Part shown: piece by piece, positions 19,487 through 28,667 of the stretch | How the letters are laid out: each line of letters begins with the position of its first letter | Position numbering within the stretch: position 1 is the first letter of the stretch | From: an uncultured Flavobacteriales bacterium | GTDB taxonomy: Bacteria > Bacteroidota > Bacteroidia > Flavobacteriales_F > PHOS-HE28 | Assembly (NCBI GenBank): GCA_937873385.1 | Contig: CALMYC010000148.1 | Location: forward strand, 1 to 53,292 | Direction of reading: 5' to 3' | Length of the DNA: 53,292 bases | Made by a program: the position numbers and the translations under genes | Notes under the pieces: model-generated | The model's database searches: none | Told to the model about the DNA's origin: nothing | What the model saw: the letters and a program-made list of their open reading frames with translations, nothing else

Positions 19487-20613
19487 TGGCCACCACCACG
19501 CAGATCGCCGTGCCATACGTGGCACTTGGCGCGCAGTACCAAGGCATCCGGCAGCAAGTGCTGGAGCGCATCGGCGGCTTGCTGGACAGCGGGGCCTTCA
19601 TCCTGGGGCAGGAAGTGGCCGATTTTGAACGGGACTTCGCAACATTGTGCGGCACCAGGCATGCCATCGGCGTGGCCAACGGCACCGATGCGCTTTTCCT
19701 CAGCCTGATGGCGCTGGGCATCGGTGCGGGCGATGAGGTGATCACCGCGCCCAACAGTTTCCTCGCCAGTGCCAGCAGCATCGTGCTGGCCGGCGCCAAA
19801 CCGGTTTTTGCCGATGTGCTGGATGATTTCAACCTGGACCCCCAAGCGGTGCGGAAGGCCATCACCCCGCGCACCAAGGCCATCATCGTCGTGCATCTCA
19901 CCGGCCGGCCCGCCAGGATGCGCGAGCTGATGGAAGTGGCCGGGGAGCACGACCTTAAGGTGGTGGAGGATTGCGCACAGGCCGTGGGCGCCACCCTGGA
20001 CGGCCAGCCCGTAGGCTCATTCGGGTCCACGGGCTGCTTCAGCCTGCACCCCCTGAAAAACCTCGCCGCCGCCGGTGACGGCGGTGCGATCACCACCAAC
20101 GACGGGGCGCTCCATGCACGGCTGTTGCAGGCCCGCAACCACGGCCTCCGGGACCGCGACCATTGCGCGTTCTTCAGCTACAATTCGCGTTTGGACAACC
20201 TGCAGGCGGCCATCCTCAACGTGAAATTGCGGGAGCTGCCCAAGTGGACGGAACGCCGCCGTGCCATTGCCGCCGCCTACCTGGCCAAGCTCAACGGCGT
20301 TGGTGACCTGGTGCTCCCACATGACGGGCGCGGCGAGCAGGGCGTGTACCACACGTTCGTCGTGCAGACCGCACGGCGCGATGCTTTGAAGGACCACCTT
20401 GCCGCATGCGGCGTGGACACCAAGGTGCACTACCCCGTGCCCATCCACTTGCAGGAGGCAGCAGCGGGGCTGGGCTACCGGCGCGGAGATTTTCCGGTGA
20501 CGGAGAAGCAGAGCGACACCATCCTCAGCCTGCCCGTGTACCCTGAACTGGAGGACCGGCAAGTGGACCACGTGGCGGCTGGCATCACCGACTTCTTCAA
20601 CCGGCGCGCCTGA
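19486..20613 (+). CDS. DegT/DnrJ/EryC1/StrS-family PLP-dependent sugar aminotransferase
   Basis: 375 aa. GVANGTDALFLSLMALGIGAGDEVI and FSLHPLKNL (PLP lysine). TGATG overlap with the upstream SDR. Confidence 0.85.
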   Translation: MATTTQIAVPYVALGAQYQGIRQQVLERIGGLLDSGAFILGQEVADFERDFATLCGTRHAIGVANGTDALFLSLMALGIGAGDEVITAPNSFLASASSIVLAGAKPVFADVLDDFNLDPQAVRKAITPRTKAIIVVHLTGRPARMRELMEVAGEHDLKVVEDCAQAVGATLDGQPVGSFGSTGCFSLHPLKNLAAAGDGGAITTNDGALHARLLQARNHGLRDRDHCAFFSYNSRLDNLQAAILNVKLRELPKWTERRRAIAAAYLAKLNGVGDLVLPHDGRGEQGVYHTFVVQTARRDALKDHLAACGVDTKVHYPVPIHLQEAAAGLGYRRGDFPVTEKQSDTILSLPVYPELEDRQVDHVAAGITDFFNRRA

Positions 20614-21446
20614 TGGGGAATTGGCATTTGGCCGCGCCCTTTCTGCGCCTGTGCGCCACCCGGCCCGGCGCGGTGCTCAAGGCCCTCTACAGTTTCACCA
20701 ACAACTCCCTCAGCCGTGAGCATGTGCTGAAAACGTACGGGTTGCCGCAGGGCCTGCCCACGGTGGATATTCTGGACCTGTCGCCGGGACTGGACGATAC
20801 CATCACGCATTACACCTATTTGGACGGCACCAGCCGCGTCACGGATTTCGCCCTGCTGCGTCTGCTGGCCCGGCGTTTCCCGCATGGGCGCTACATCGAG
20901 TTCGGCAGTTGGCGGGGCGAAAGCCTGGCCAACGTGGCCCCGCTGGTGAAGGAGGTGATCGCCATGAGCTTCAGCGCAGCGGACATGAAGCGGATCGGCG
21001 CGAGCGATGCGGCGGTACGCGCCGCCCACCTGTTCAGCAAGGACCTGCCGAATCTGCGCCGCATCGAACACAACACGCAGACCTACGATTTCACGGAATT
21101 GAACGGAACATGCGACCTGGTCTTTGTGGACGCCGACCACCAGTTCCCGGGCGTGACCATTGACACGCGCAGTGCATTCAAGTTGCTGAAGGATGACAAG
21201 AGCATCATTGTGTGGCACGACTACGGCCTGGGGTATGAAACGGTGAACTGGCAAGTGCTGCGCGGCATCCTGGACGGCGCTCCGGACGATGCGCACCGCA
21301 AGCGCATCTTCCACGTCAGCAATACGCTTTGCGCGGTGTATCTGCCCGAAAGTGTGCGATGGGGCTGGCCGGAAACAGGCTGGCCCACCAAGACCTTTAC
21401 GCTTCAACTAACGGCCCTGCCCCTTTCATTCCCGAACCATGGCTAA
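20613..21446 (+). CDS. Class I SAM-dependent methyltransferase (Methyltransf_24/TylF-like)
   Basis: 277 aa. YIEFGSWRGESL (motif I-like) and DLVFVDADHQFPGVTID...IIVWHDY. Confidence 0.6.
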   Translation: MGNWHLAAPFLRLCATRPGAVLKALYSFTNNSLSREHVLKTYGLPQGLPTVDILDLSPGLDDTITHYTYLDGTSRVTDFALLRLLARRFPHGRYIEFGSWRGESLANVAPLVKEVIAMSFSAADMKRIGASDAAVRAAHLFSKDLPNLRRIEHNTQTYDFTELNGTCDLVFVDADHQFPGVTIDTRSAFKLLKDDKSIIVWHDYGLGYETVNWQVLRGILDGAPDDAHRKRIFHVSNTLCAVYLPESVRWGWPETGWPTKTFTLQLTALPLSFPNHG

Positions 21447-22230
21447 GCCTCCCCAGCGGGATCTGGATGAGATCCTGAAGTTCAAGGACCTCCTGGTCAG
21501 AAATGCCGCGGTGTTGCGGAAGAAGGACCCGAACGATTACTACTGGCGCGACCTTTCAGATCCCGTGAAGCTCCTGCGGAACGGGGTGTTGCTGGAGACG
21601 AACATGGTCACTTCATGGATCGCGAACACCAGGAAGCCTGAACGGATCATGGAGATCGGAACCAGGTCCGGGGGCTCGCTGATCGCGCTCCTGTGCGCGT
21701 ATCCCCCCTCGGAGATCGATCGGATCAAGGTCATTGTATCCTTCGACCTGTGGAAGGAATATCTCAGCACCACCGGCGCTTCAACGGGCATCTCCAAATT
21801 GCTGGGGCGGAAATCGAACATGAACCTCTCGGGCCTGCGGAAACTCGTTCCGGGGGCCATTGCCGCAAAGGCCCAGCGAAAGATCAAGGCGAATCTGCGG
21901 GCGTTCGGCCTGCCGACGGAGATGATCCGGTTCATTGCAGGAGATTCGAGGACAACGGTACCTGCGTTTTTCAAGGCTGAACCCCGGTTGCAGTTCGACT
22001 ACATTCTGGTGGACGGGGCACACGACGAGGAAACCGCCGCGATCGACCTGGAAAATACATGGTCGCATTGTGCGCCCGGGGGCATTCTGGTATTTGACGA
22101 CATCATGCCGGAGAGCTACGGGCTGATCGGCGTTTGGAACGCGTTCAAAGGCAGGCATTCCGATGCCTTTGATTTTTTTGAGGTCGAACACCGCAAGGGG
22201 GTGGCCTGGGCGATCAGGAAGAACCCATGA
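21439..22230 (+). CDS. Class I SAM-dependent methyltransferase (Methyltransf_24/CmcI-like)
   Basis: 263 aa. IMEIGTRSGGSL (motif I) and FDYILVDGAHDEETAAIDL...GGILVFDDI. 8-nt overlap with the upstream methyltransferase. Confidence 0.6.
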   Translation: MAKPPQRDLDEILKFKDLLVRNAAVLRKKDPNDYYWRDLSDPVKLLRNGVLLETNMVTSWIANTRKPERIMEIGTRSGGSLIALLCAYPPSEIDRIKVIVSFDLWKEYLSTTGASTGISKLLGRKSNMNLSGLRKLVPGAIAAKAQRKIKANLRAFGLPTEMIRFIAGDSRTTVPAFFKAEPRLQFDYILVDGAHDEETAAIDLENTWSHCAPGGILVFDDIMPESYGLIGVWNAFKGRHSDAFDFFEVEHRKGVAWAIRKNP

Positions 22231-22248
22231 GCGGGAACGTGAAGCAAG

Positions 22249-23235
22249 ATGAAAACATTGGTCACAGGAGGTTGCGGCTTCATCGGAAGCTGGCTCACGG
22301 AACGGCTGCTCAACGACGGCCATGAAGTGCATGTGGTGGACAACCTCTCCACGGGACACGCGCGGAACCTCGAACATGTGAAAGGGAACAGCCGGTTGCA
22401 CGTCCACATCGCCGACATCAGCGACCAGGCGCGCATCGAGCCGCTTTTCACAGGCATCGATCGGGTTTTCCACTTGGCGGCCTTGGCGGACATCGTGCCC
22501 AGCATTGAGCGGCCCCTGATGTACCACAACAGCAATGTGAACGGTACGGTGAGCGTGCTGGAGGCCTGCCGCAAGCACGGCGTAAAGCGCGTGATCTACG
22601 CGGCCTCCTCTTCCTGCTACGGCATTCCGGACGTGTACCCCACGCCGGAGACGGCGCCCATCCGCTGCCAGTACCCTTATGCAGTGACGAAATACCTCGG
22701 CGAGGAATACGCGCTGTACTGGGCCAGCGTGTATAAGATGAACATCACCAGCATGCGCTTCTTCAACGTCTTTGGTCCGCGCAGCCGCACAAGTGGTACC
22801 TACGGCGCAGTGTTTGGCGTGTTCCTGGCACAGAAGCTGGCGGGCAAGCCCTTCACGGTGGTCGGCGACGGCAAACAGACCCGTGACTTCACCTTCGTGA
22901 GCGATGTGGCGGATGCCTGCGTCGCCGCCAGCGAACGGGAGGACGTTGCAGGGCAGGTCTTCAATGTGGGCAGCGGCAGCACGTACAGCGTGAACCTGCT
23001 CTGTGAACTGCTCGGTGGCGAAAAGATCCACATCCCCAAGCGCCCCGGGGAGCCGGACCAGACCTTTGCGGACACGGCGAAGATCCAACGCGTGCTGGGT
23101 TGGAAGCCGAACGTGAAGTTCGAGGACGGCGTGAAGACCATGTTGGACAACATTGACTATTGGCGTGAGGCCCCGTTGTGGGACCCGAACAGCATCGCCG
23201 AGGCCACCAAGGATTGGTTCAAGTATTTGGGATGA
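22249..23235 (+). CDS. NAD-dependent sugar epimerase/dehydratase (extended SDR)
   Basis: 328 aa. VTGGCGFIGSWL, AASSSCYG, and the YAVTK (YxxxK) motif. Confidence 0.8.
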   Translation: MKTLVTGGCGFIGSWLTERLLNDGHEVHVVDNLSTGHARNLEHVKGNSRLHVHIADISDQARIEPLFTGIDRVFHLAALADIVPSIERPLMYHNSNVNGTVSVLEACRKHGVKRVIYAASSSCYGIPDVYPTPETAPIRCQYPYAVTKYLGEEYALYWASVYKMNITSMRFFNVFGPRSRTSGTYGAVFGVFLAQKLAGKPFTVVGDGKQTRDFTFVSDVADACVAASEREDVAGQVFNVGSGSTYSVNLLCELLGGEKIHIPKRPGEPDQTFADTAKIQRVLGWKPNVKFEDGVKTMLDNIDYWREAPLWDPNSIAEATKDWFKYLG

Positions 23236-24746
23236 GCAAGATCTTTCCCCTGGACGAACTGGCGAAGCGGATCGCCGCGCTGAAAAGCGAAGGCAAGCGC
23301 GTAGCCCTTTGCCACGGCTGCTTCGACCTGCTGCACCTCGGCCACATGAAGCATTTCGAGGCCGCCAAGAAGGAAGCCGATGTACTGGTGGTCACCGTGA
23401 CCCCGGACCGCTTCGTGAACAAGGGTCCGGGCCGGCCGGTATTCACCGGTGCCTTGCGCATGGAGGCCATTGCCGCGCTCGGTGTGGTGGACTTCGTGGC
23501 CTTGAACAAATGGGAAACAGCGATTGAAACGATCACCTTGCTGAAACCCGACCTGTATGTGAAAGGCCAGGACTACATGGACCGCTCCAAGGATGTCACC
23601 GGCATGATCGGCAAGGAGGAAGCGGCCGTGCAAGCGGTGGGGGGCAAGCTGTATTTCACCGAGGAGGTCCAATTCAGCAGCAGCAGCCTGATCAATGCGC
23701 ACTTCAGCCCCTTGGACGACAAGGTGCAACAGTTCCTCGGGGATTTCCGCAAGCGCTTTGATGCGGAGCGCGTGGTGGCCGACCTGGAGCGCCTGAAGGA
23801 CCTCAAGGTGCTGGTGATCGGCGATACCATCATCGATGAGTACCACTATTGCCGCCCGTTGGGCAAGAGCAGCAAGTCGCCCACCATCAGCAGCGTGCTG
23901 CTGCGTGAGGAGCAGTATGCCGGCGGGGTGCTGGCCATTGCCAACCATTTGGACCAGTTTGCCGGGAGCGTGGAATTGGTGACCTGCCTGGGCAGCAAGG
24001 ACGAACGGCGGGAGATGATCGAGGAGAAGCTATCGCCCAGCGTGGAGCGGCATTTCTTCGTCCGTAACGATGGCCCTACGCCCATCAAGCGGCGCTACCT
24101 GGACCACTACCTCAACATCAAGCTATTCGAAGTCACTTTCATGAACGAGGAGCCGGTGTCCGGCGCCTTGGAGGCGGAGGTCATTGCACGGCTGGAGGAG
24201 CGCCTGCCGCATTGTGACATGGTGGTGGTGGCGGATTTCGGCCACGGGATGCTGTCACCGGCCATCATCGACATGCTGCAGAAGAGCGGCAAATACCTGG
24301 TGGTGAATGCGCAGACCAACAGCAACAACTACGGTTTCAACTACATCACCAAGTACAGCCGAACAGATTACATCAGCATTGATGAAGCGGAACTGCGCCT
24401 GCCGTTCGGTGCCAAGCGCGAACCACTGGATGGCCTGATCGACCGCCTGCAGGCCATCACCCACGCCCACGAAGTGCAGATCACCTTGGGCCAGCGCGGT
24501 TCCATCTTCCGGCGCGGCAAGGAACAGGTGCTCACCCCGGCCTTCGCCACCAGCGTGAAGGACAGTGTGGGCGCTGGCGATGCCGTGCTCTCGGTCACTG
24601 CGCTTTGCGCCAAACTGGGGCTGGAGCCGGCCATCATCGGCCTGGTGGGCAATTGCACCGGCGCCTTGGCGGTGGAGATCATCGGCAATGAGCATCCCGT
24701 GTACAAGAAGGACTTGTTGAAATTCGTGAAGCACCTGCTGAAATGA
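23232..24746 (+). CDS. Bifunctional nucleotidyltransferase (HxGH cytidylyltransferase fold) plus PfkB sugar kinase; HldE/RfaE-like with reversed domain order
   Basis: ATG 23232 (ATGA overlap with the upstream stop). N-terminus VALCHGCFDLLHLGHMKHF resembles RfaE domain II. C-terminus LKVLVIGDTIIDEY...VGAGDAVLS shows PfkB ribokinase-family motifs. Confidence 0.75.
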   Translation: MSKIFPLDELAKRIAALKSEGKRVALCHGCFDLLHLGHMKHFEAAKKEADVLVVTVTPDRFVNKGPGRPVFTGALRMEAIAALGVVDFVALNKWETAIETITLLKPDLYVKGQDYMDRSKDVTGMIGKEEAAVQAVGGKLYFTEEVQFSSSSLINAHFSPLDDKVQQFLGDFRKRFDAERVVADLERLKDLKVLVIGDTIIDEYHYCRPLGKSSKSPTISSVLLREEQYAGGVLAIANHLDQFAGSVELVTCLGSKDERREMIEEKLSPSVERHFFVRNDGPTPIKRRYLDHYLNIKLFEVTFMNEEPVSGALEAEVIARLEERLPHCDMVVVADFGHGMLSPAIIDMLQKSGKYLVVNAQTNSNNYGFNYITKYSRTDYISIDEAELRLPFGAKREPLDGLIDRLQAITHAHEVQITLGQRGSIFRRGKEQVLTPAFATSVKDSVGAGDAVLSVTALCAKLGLEPAIIGLVGNCTGALAVEIIGNEHPVYKKDLLKFVKHLLK

Positions 24747-25366
24747 GCGCCAAGGACCCGAAGGACTTTCTCAAGCGCTACACCGGCGCCATGCACACGC
24801 TAATTGATGGGCTCGCGGCCAGTGACGCGAAGGGTGCCCTGGAATATGGTGATGCCGTGGTACGCGCCATGGAACTCGTGCGCACAGCCCAGGCGGCGAA
24901 CCGGAAGATCATCATGGTGGGCAATGGCGGCAGTGCCGGCATCGCAAGCCACCAGAGCGTGGACTATTGGAAGAATGGAGGCGTGCGTGCCATCGCATTC
25001 AACGATGCCAGCCTGCTCACCTGCATCGGCAACGACCTCGGTTATGAGCATGTGTTCAGTGCGCCCATTGAACAGTTTGCGGACAACGGCGATATGGTAT
25101 TCGCGATCAGCAGCAGCGGCGCTTCACCGAACATCCTCAACGCGGCGAAGGCCGCACGAAACAGGAGCTGTGGCCTGATCACCTTCAGCGGCTTCGCGGA
25201 GAACAACCCCTTGCGCGCACTCGGCGACCTCAACTTCCACGTGGCCAGTTCCAGCTATGGCCTGGTGGAGATCCTGCACCTCTTCATCATCCACACCGTG
25301 CTGGACATGAAGCTGCACTGCTTCGACGCCAGGGACATCTTCGACCGGAACAGGCCGGTGGGCTGA
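24743..25366 (+). CDS. gmhA: SIS-domain phosphoheptose isomerase (sedoheptulose-7-phosphate isomerase)
   Basis: 207 aa. VGNGGSAGIASH, TCIGNDLGYEHVF, AISSSGASPNILNAAKAA, ITFSG and EILHLFIIH align by eye with the E. coli GmhA motifs. Confidence 0.8.
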   Translation: MSAKDPKDFLKRYTGAMHTLIDGLAASDAKGALEYGDAVVRAMELVRTAQAANRKIIMVGNGGSAGIASHQSVDYWKNGGVRAIAFNDASLLTCIGNDLGYEHVFSAPIEQFADNGDMVFAISSSGASPNILNAAKAARNRSCGLITFSGFAENNPLRALGDLNFHVASSSYGLVEILHLFIIHTVLDMKLHCFDARDIFDRNRPVG

Positions 25367-25376
25367 ACGGGGCGCA

Positions 25377-28300
25377 TCAAAAGCTCCTTCCAACCCCCAC
25401 CACCCACCGGAATGCCACATGTTCCGTTTCCGTGGCAGGCAAGGCGGAAAGCACCAAGGGCATATCGAAGCGGAGGGTCAGCGGCTTGATGTCGTCCAAC
25501 GGGCCGAACTTCTTGATGGTGATCGCTGCGCCTAGCCCGGCATCGGCGCGGGGCAGGGCGAGCTTGACCTGAGGTGTGCCGAGGTCCGTGGTGGTGCGGT
25601 AGCCCATCGTGCCCACGTCGCCAAAGAGGTACACGTCCAGGTGCAGGTAATCGGCCAGTTTTCCGGGGCGGAAACGGACCAGCCCGTCCAAATCGAGTTC
25701 AGCGTTGATGGCCGCGCCGGTATTGCCCGCATAGGTGAGAATGGTATGGCCGTCCACATCGGTGGCGGGTGCCAGGTATCCGGCATAGCCGCGCAGGCCG
25801 AGGCCGCCGCCTTGCTGGAAGTGGTTCACGCCCGCTCCGTAGCCCAACCAGTCGTACGGCAAGAAGCCGATGCTGCGCACGTACTTGTTGTCCATCATGT
25901 CCTCGGGGTTGGCGCCTGCGAGGTAAAGCTGGCTTTCACGCGGAGTGCTGCCGCTGCCGTAGAGTGCGGTGGCGCGGGTGCGGAGGTTGAGCTTGCCGAA
26001 CCGGGTGCGGTTGAGCGCGGTGGCGGCAACCTGTGCGTAGGGGAGAGCAGCGCCAATGCCTGCCGTTCGGACATCAAGCGCCACCGAGCCATTGCCCTTG
26101 CCCCACTTGTAGCGGTGTTCCAATCCGGTGTTCCAGGTGCTGTTCAGTGCATGCACTTCCCAGCGGTCCGGGAAGGGCAGGTAGATCAGGTCCGTGCTGT
26201 CGCGCCGCAGCATGAATTTGATGTTCGTGTGCAGGGAAGTGTTGGTGAAGGGGATGTCCCAATTGAAGCCGCCTTCGTACTGTTCCAGCCCGTCCAGCAG
26301 CCGTGCGGCCACGAACACCGAAGATCCATTGAGGAGGTTTCCGGTTCCGTTTTCGTAGCGGAAATTGAAGCTCATGGGGTTGTACCGGGTGTTCACGGCA
26401 CCGCCCGGAAGGTTTTGGCCCAGGCCCGTGTTCAGCCATGCGGTGAACCACAATTGGTGCTTGTAGCGCAAGTAGTTGCCATGGAAATGAACGCCTGCCT
26501 TCACCCCGTCGAAGCCATTGTACCAGAGGTCCGGGCGCACGAATCCTTCGTAGTTGCGCCAGTCGGGCCGGTTGGCAATGTGGCTGTCGAAGCGGCTGGT
26601 GAAGGGAAAGCGCAGACTGTTGTTGAGCATGTTGGCGTCGCCCAGTCGGTAGCTGGTGTCGATGCGCACATCGGCAATGCCGGAGGGAATGTCCACCGCC
26701 GCGTAGTAGTCGCGCTTGAGTTCATCGAACCCGATCCAGCGGGGCAGCACGGTGGCTGCGGTGGATTTCACGAACCAGTTGTTGGGGATGTGGAAGGGAT
26801 ACGTCTTGCCGTCATTGGCGGTCACGGTGAAGTCAATGGGCATTTGCATATCGCCCTTGCGGCGGAAGTGGATGCGCTGCCCGGCATCCGCATTCCGGTT
26901 TTTCACGCCTTTCACCGCGTAGTCCAGCTGCTTGCCCGTTTCGATCCACTGGTCAAAGAACCAGTTGAGGTCCACATGGGTGAAGGAAATGAAGCTCTGC
27001 CGGAAATCCTCCACGTACGGGTGCTTGAATTTCCACTGTGCGAAATAGTGCCGGAATGCGGCGTCAAACAGGGAATCACCCAGCACATAGCGCAGATTGA
27101 ACAGCATGGTGGAGGTCTTGTAGTACACCATGCGGTAGCCGGTGGGAAGCTTGGAAAATTCATCGCTGTGGACGTTGATCGGCGGAAGCTCGTTGCGCAC
27201 TGCGGCGTGCATGTAACTGTTGTAGGTGAGCCTGTCCTGCGCCAGCACGGGGTCGGTGTGCAGCCGGACGTAGGCGTTTCGGGGCGGGGTTTCCACCAGG
27301 GTGTCCTCGCCCACGCGGCCCATGCCGATGGTTTCAATGAACTGCGTGAAGCCCTCGTCCAGCATGGCGCGGTAGGTCTCATTGTTCCCCACCATGCCGA
27401 AGAACCAGTTGTGCCCGATCTCGTGCATGAAGAGGGAGCGGTAGCCCGGCTCCTCGTCACTGTCCAAGGTGAGCATGGGGTATTCCATGCCGTCCCGCGC
27501 ATCGGCCACCACCATCTTGGGGTAGCCGTACATGCCTACGTATTCGCTGTGTTCCTTGATGCACTTGGCCGCATATTCGGCGGCGTTCTGCCATCGGCCG
27601 GCATGCGGCTCCTCGGCGAGGGCGATGCACTTGATGCCGTTCCATTCCGCTTCGCCGATGCGGTAGGTGGGGTCGGCGGTGAAGGCGAAGTCATGCACGT
27701 TTTCAGCGTGGTATTTCCACACTTTGCGCACGCCGGGCCGGTAAGGTGTGACCACGGATGGCGGCGAGTTCCAGGGCTTGTCCTTGAAGTTGGTGATGTC
27801 CAGTTTCCGGCGCAGTTCCGCCGGCATCACCTCGTCCGGGTTTTGCAGCCATCCCGTGGCCTCCACCACCATGTCGTTGGGCATGTCGAGGCTTACATCG
27901 AAGGAGCCGAAGTCACCATGGAATTCATGTCCCAGGTGCTGTTGGGTGTCCCAGCCGAACTTGCGGTCATACACGCTGATGCGCGGGTACCATTGCGTGC
28001 CGTCGAAATGCTTGAAGCCCCATGCGCTGAACAGTTTCATGCGGTACATGCCGCCCCAGTGCGTGGTGAAGCTGTAGTTGAAGACCGCCTTTCCGCCAGG
28101 TGGCAAGGGTTTGGGCAGCACCCCCTTCATGATGGTGTTGTCCACTTCGCGTTCCACTGCCACGCCGTCCACCGCCATGGCCGAAACATCGGTGCCGCGC
28201 GTGGTGTCTTGTTTGAAGGCGGTGCCCTTGGCGCGGTTGTTCCCGCCGAGCTGCTCCATGTAGCTGCCGGGCCTGGCGGCGTTGGCATAGAGATGGAAGA

Positions 28301-28562
28301 ACACTTCGCGCAGCGTGTCCGGCGAGTTGTTCCAATAGGTGAGCCCCACGGTGCCGAGGATCCGGTCCTGTACTTCGTCCAGCTTGGCCTGCATGTCGTA
28401 ATGGACATCCTGCTGCCAATAGCCGGGATAGGGCGGGGCGTTTTTCCAGTAGTACGGGTTGTCCGCGTGGCGGTAGGTGTCCGGCGGGTGCAAGGGGTCG
28501 TAGCGTTGCGGGAACGCGGCGGCCAACAGCAGGGAGAAGATCAACAAGAGGGTGATGCGCAT
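25377..28562 (-). CDS. M1-family (gluzincin) metallopeptidase fused to a C-terminal Omp85/surface-antigen-like beta-barrel
   Basis: 1061 aa with signal peptide MRITLLLIFSLLLAAAF. HEIGHNWF...x18...DEGF zinc site. The last ~350 aa show amphipathic beta-strand periodicity, a GGGLGLRGY motif and a terminal aromatic residue (VVGVGRSF). Confidence 0.7.
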   Translation of the reverse strand: MRITLLLIFSLLLAAAFPQRYDPLHPPDTYRHADNPYYWKNAPPYPGYWQQDVHYDMQAKLDEVQDRILGTVGLTYWNNSPDTLREVFFHLYANAARPGSYMEQLGGNNRAKGTAFKQDTTRGTDVSAMAVDGVAVEREVDNTIMKGVLPKPLPPGGKAVFNYSFTTHWGGMYRMKLFSAWGFKHFDGTQWYPRISVYDRKFGWDTQQHLGHEFHGDFGSFDVSLDMPNDMVVEATGWLQNPDEVMPAELRRKLDITNFKDKPWNSPPSVVTPYRPGVRKVWKYHAENVHDFAFTADPTYRIGEAEWNGIKCIALAEEPHAGRWQNAAEYAAKCIKEHSEYVGMYGYPKMVVADARDGMEYPMLTLDSDEEPGYRSLFMHEIGHNWFFGMVGNNETYRAMLDEGFTQFIETIGMGRVGEDTLVETPPRNAYVRLHTDPVLAQDRLTYNSYMHAAVRNELPPINVHSDEFSKLPTGYRMVYYKTSTMLFNLRYVLGDSLFDAAFRHYFAQWKFKHPYVEDFRQSFISFTHVDLNWFFDQWIETGKQLDYAVKGVKNRNADAGQRIHFRRKGDMQMPIDFTVTANDGKTYPFHIPNNWFVKSTAATVLPRWIGFDELKRDYYAAVDIPSGIADVRIDTSYRLGDANMLNNSLRFPFTSRFDSHIANRPDWRNYEGFVRPDLWYNGFDGVKAGVHFHGNYLRYKHQLWFTAWLNTGLGQNLPGGAVNTRYNPMSFNFRYENGTGNLLNGSSVFVAARLLDGLEQYEGGFNWDIPFTNTSLHTNIKFMLRRDSTDLIYLPFPDRWEVHALNSTWNTGLEHRYKWGKGNGSVALDVRTAGIGAALPYAQVAATALNRTRFGKLNLRTRATALYGSGSTPRESQLYLAGANPEDMMDNKYVRSIGFLPYDWLGYGAGVNHFQQGGGLGLRGYAGYLAPATDVDGHTILTYAGNTGAAINAELDLDGLVRFRPGKLADYLHLDVYLFGDVGTMGYRTTTDLGTPQVKLALPRADAGLGAAITIKKFGPLDDIKPLTLRFDMPLVLSALPATETEHVAFRWVVGVGRSF

Positions 28563-28667
28563 GGAATGCGGGACAGGGCCGGAATTGGGGTGGGGCCGAT
28601 ATCGGGTGCAAATTATCCGTGATTGGCGGAAAACGGATCGGCGGGAGGGGTAACGGGCAGAATGCCG

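Noticed and set aside
25641-28622. 993-aa plus-strand ORF
   Set aside because: It is antisense to the M1 peptidase gene, which has an intact HExxH...E site, a signal peptide and a beta-barrel. It shows the same low-complexity high-GC composition.
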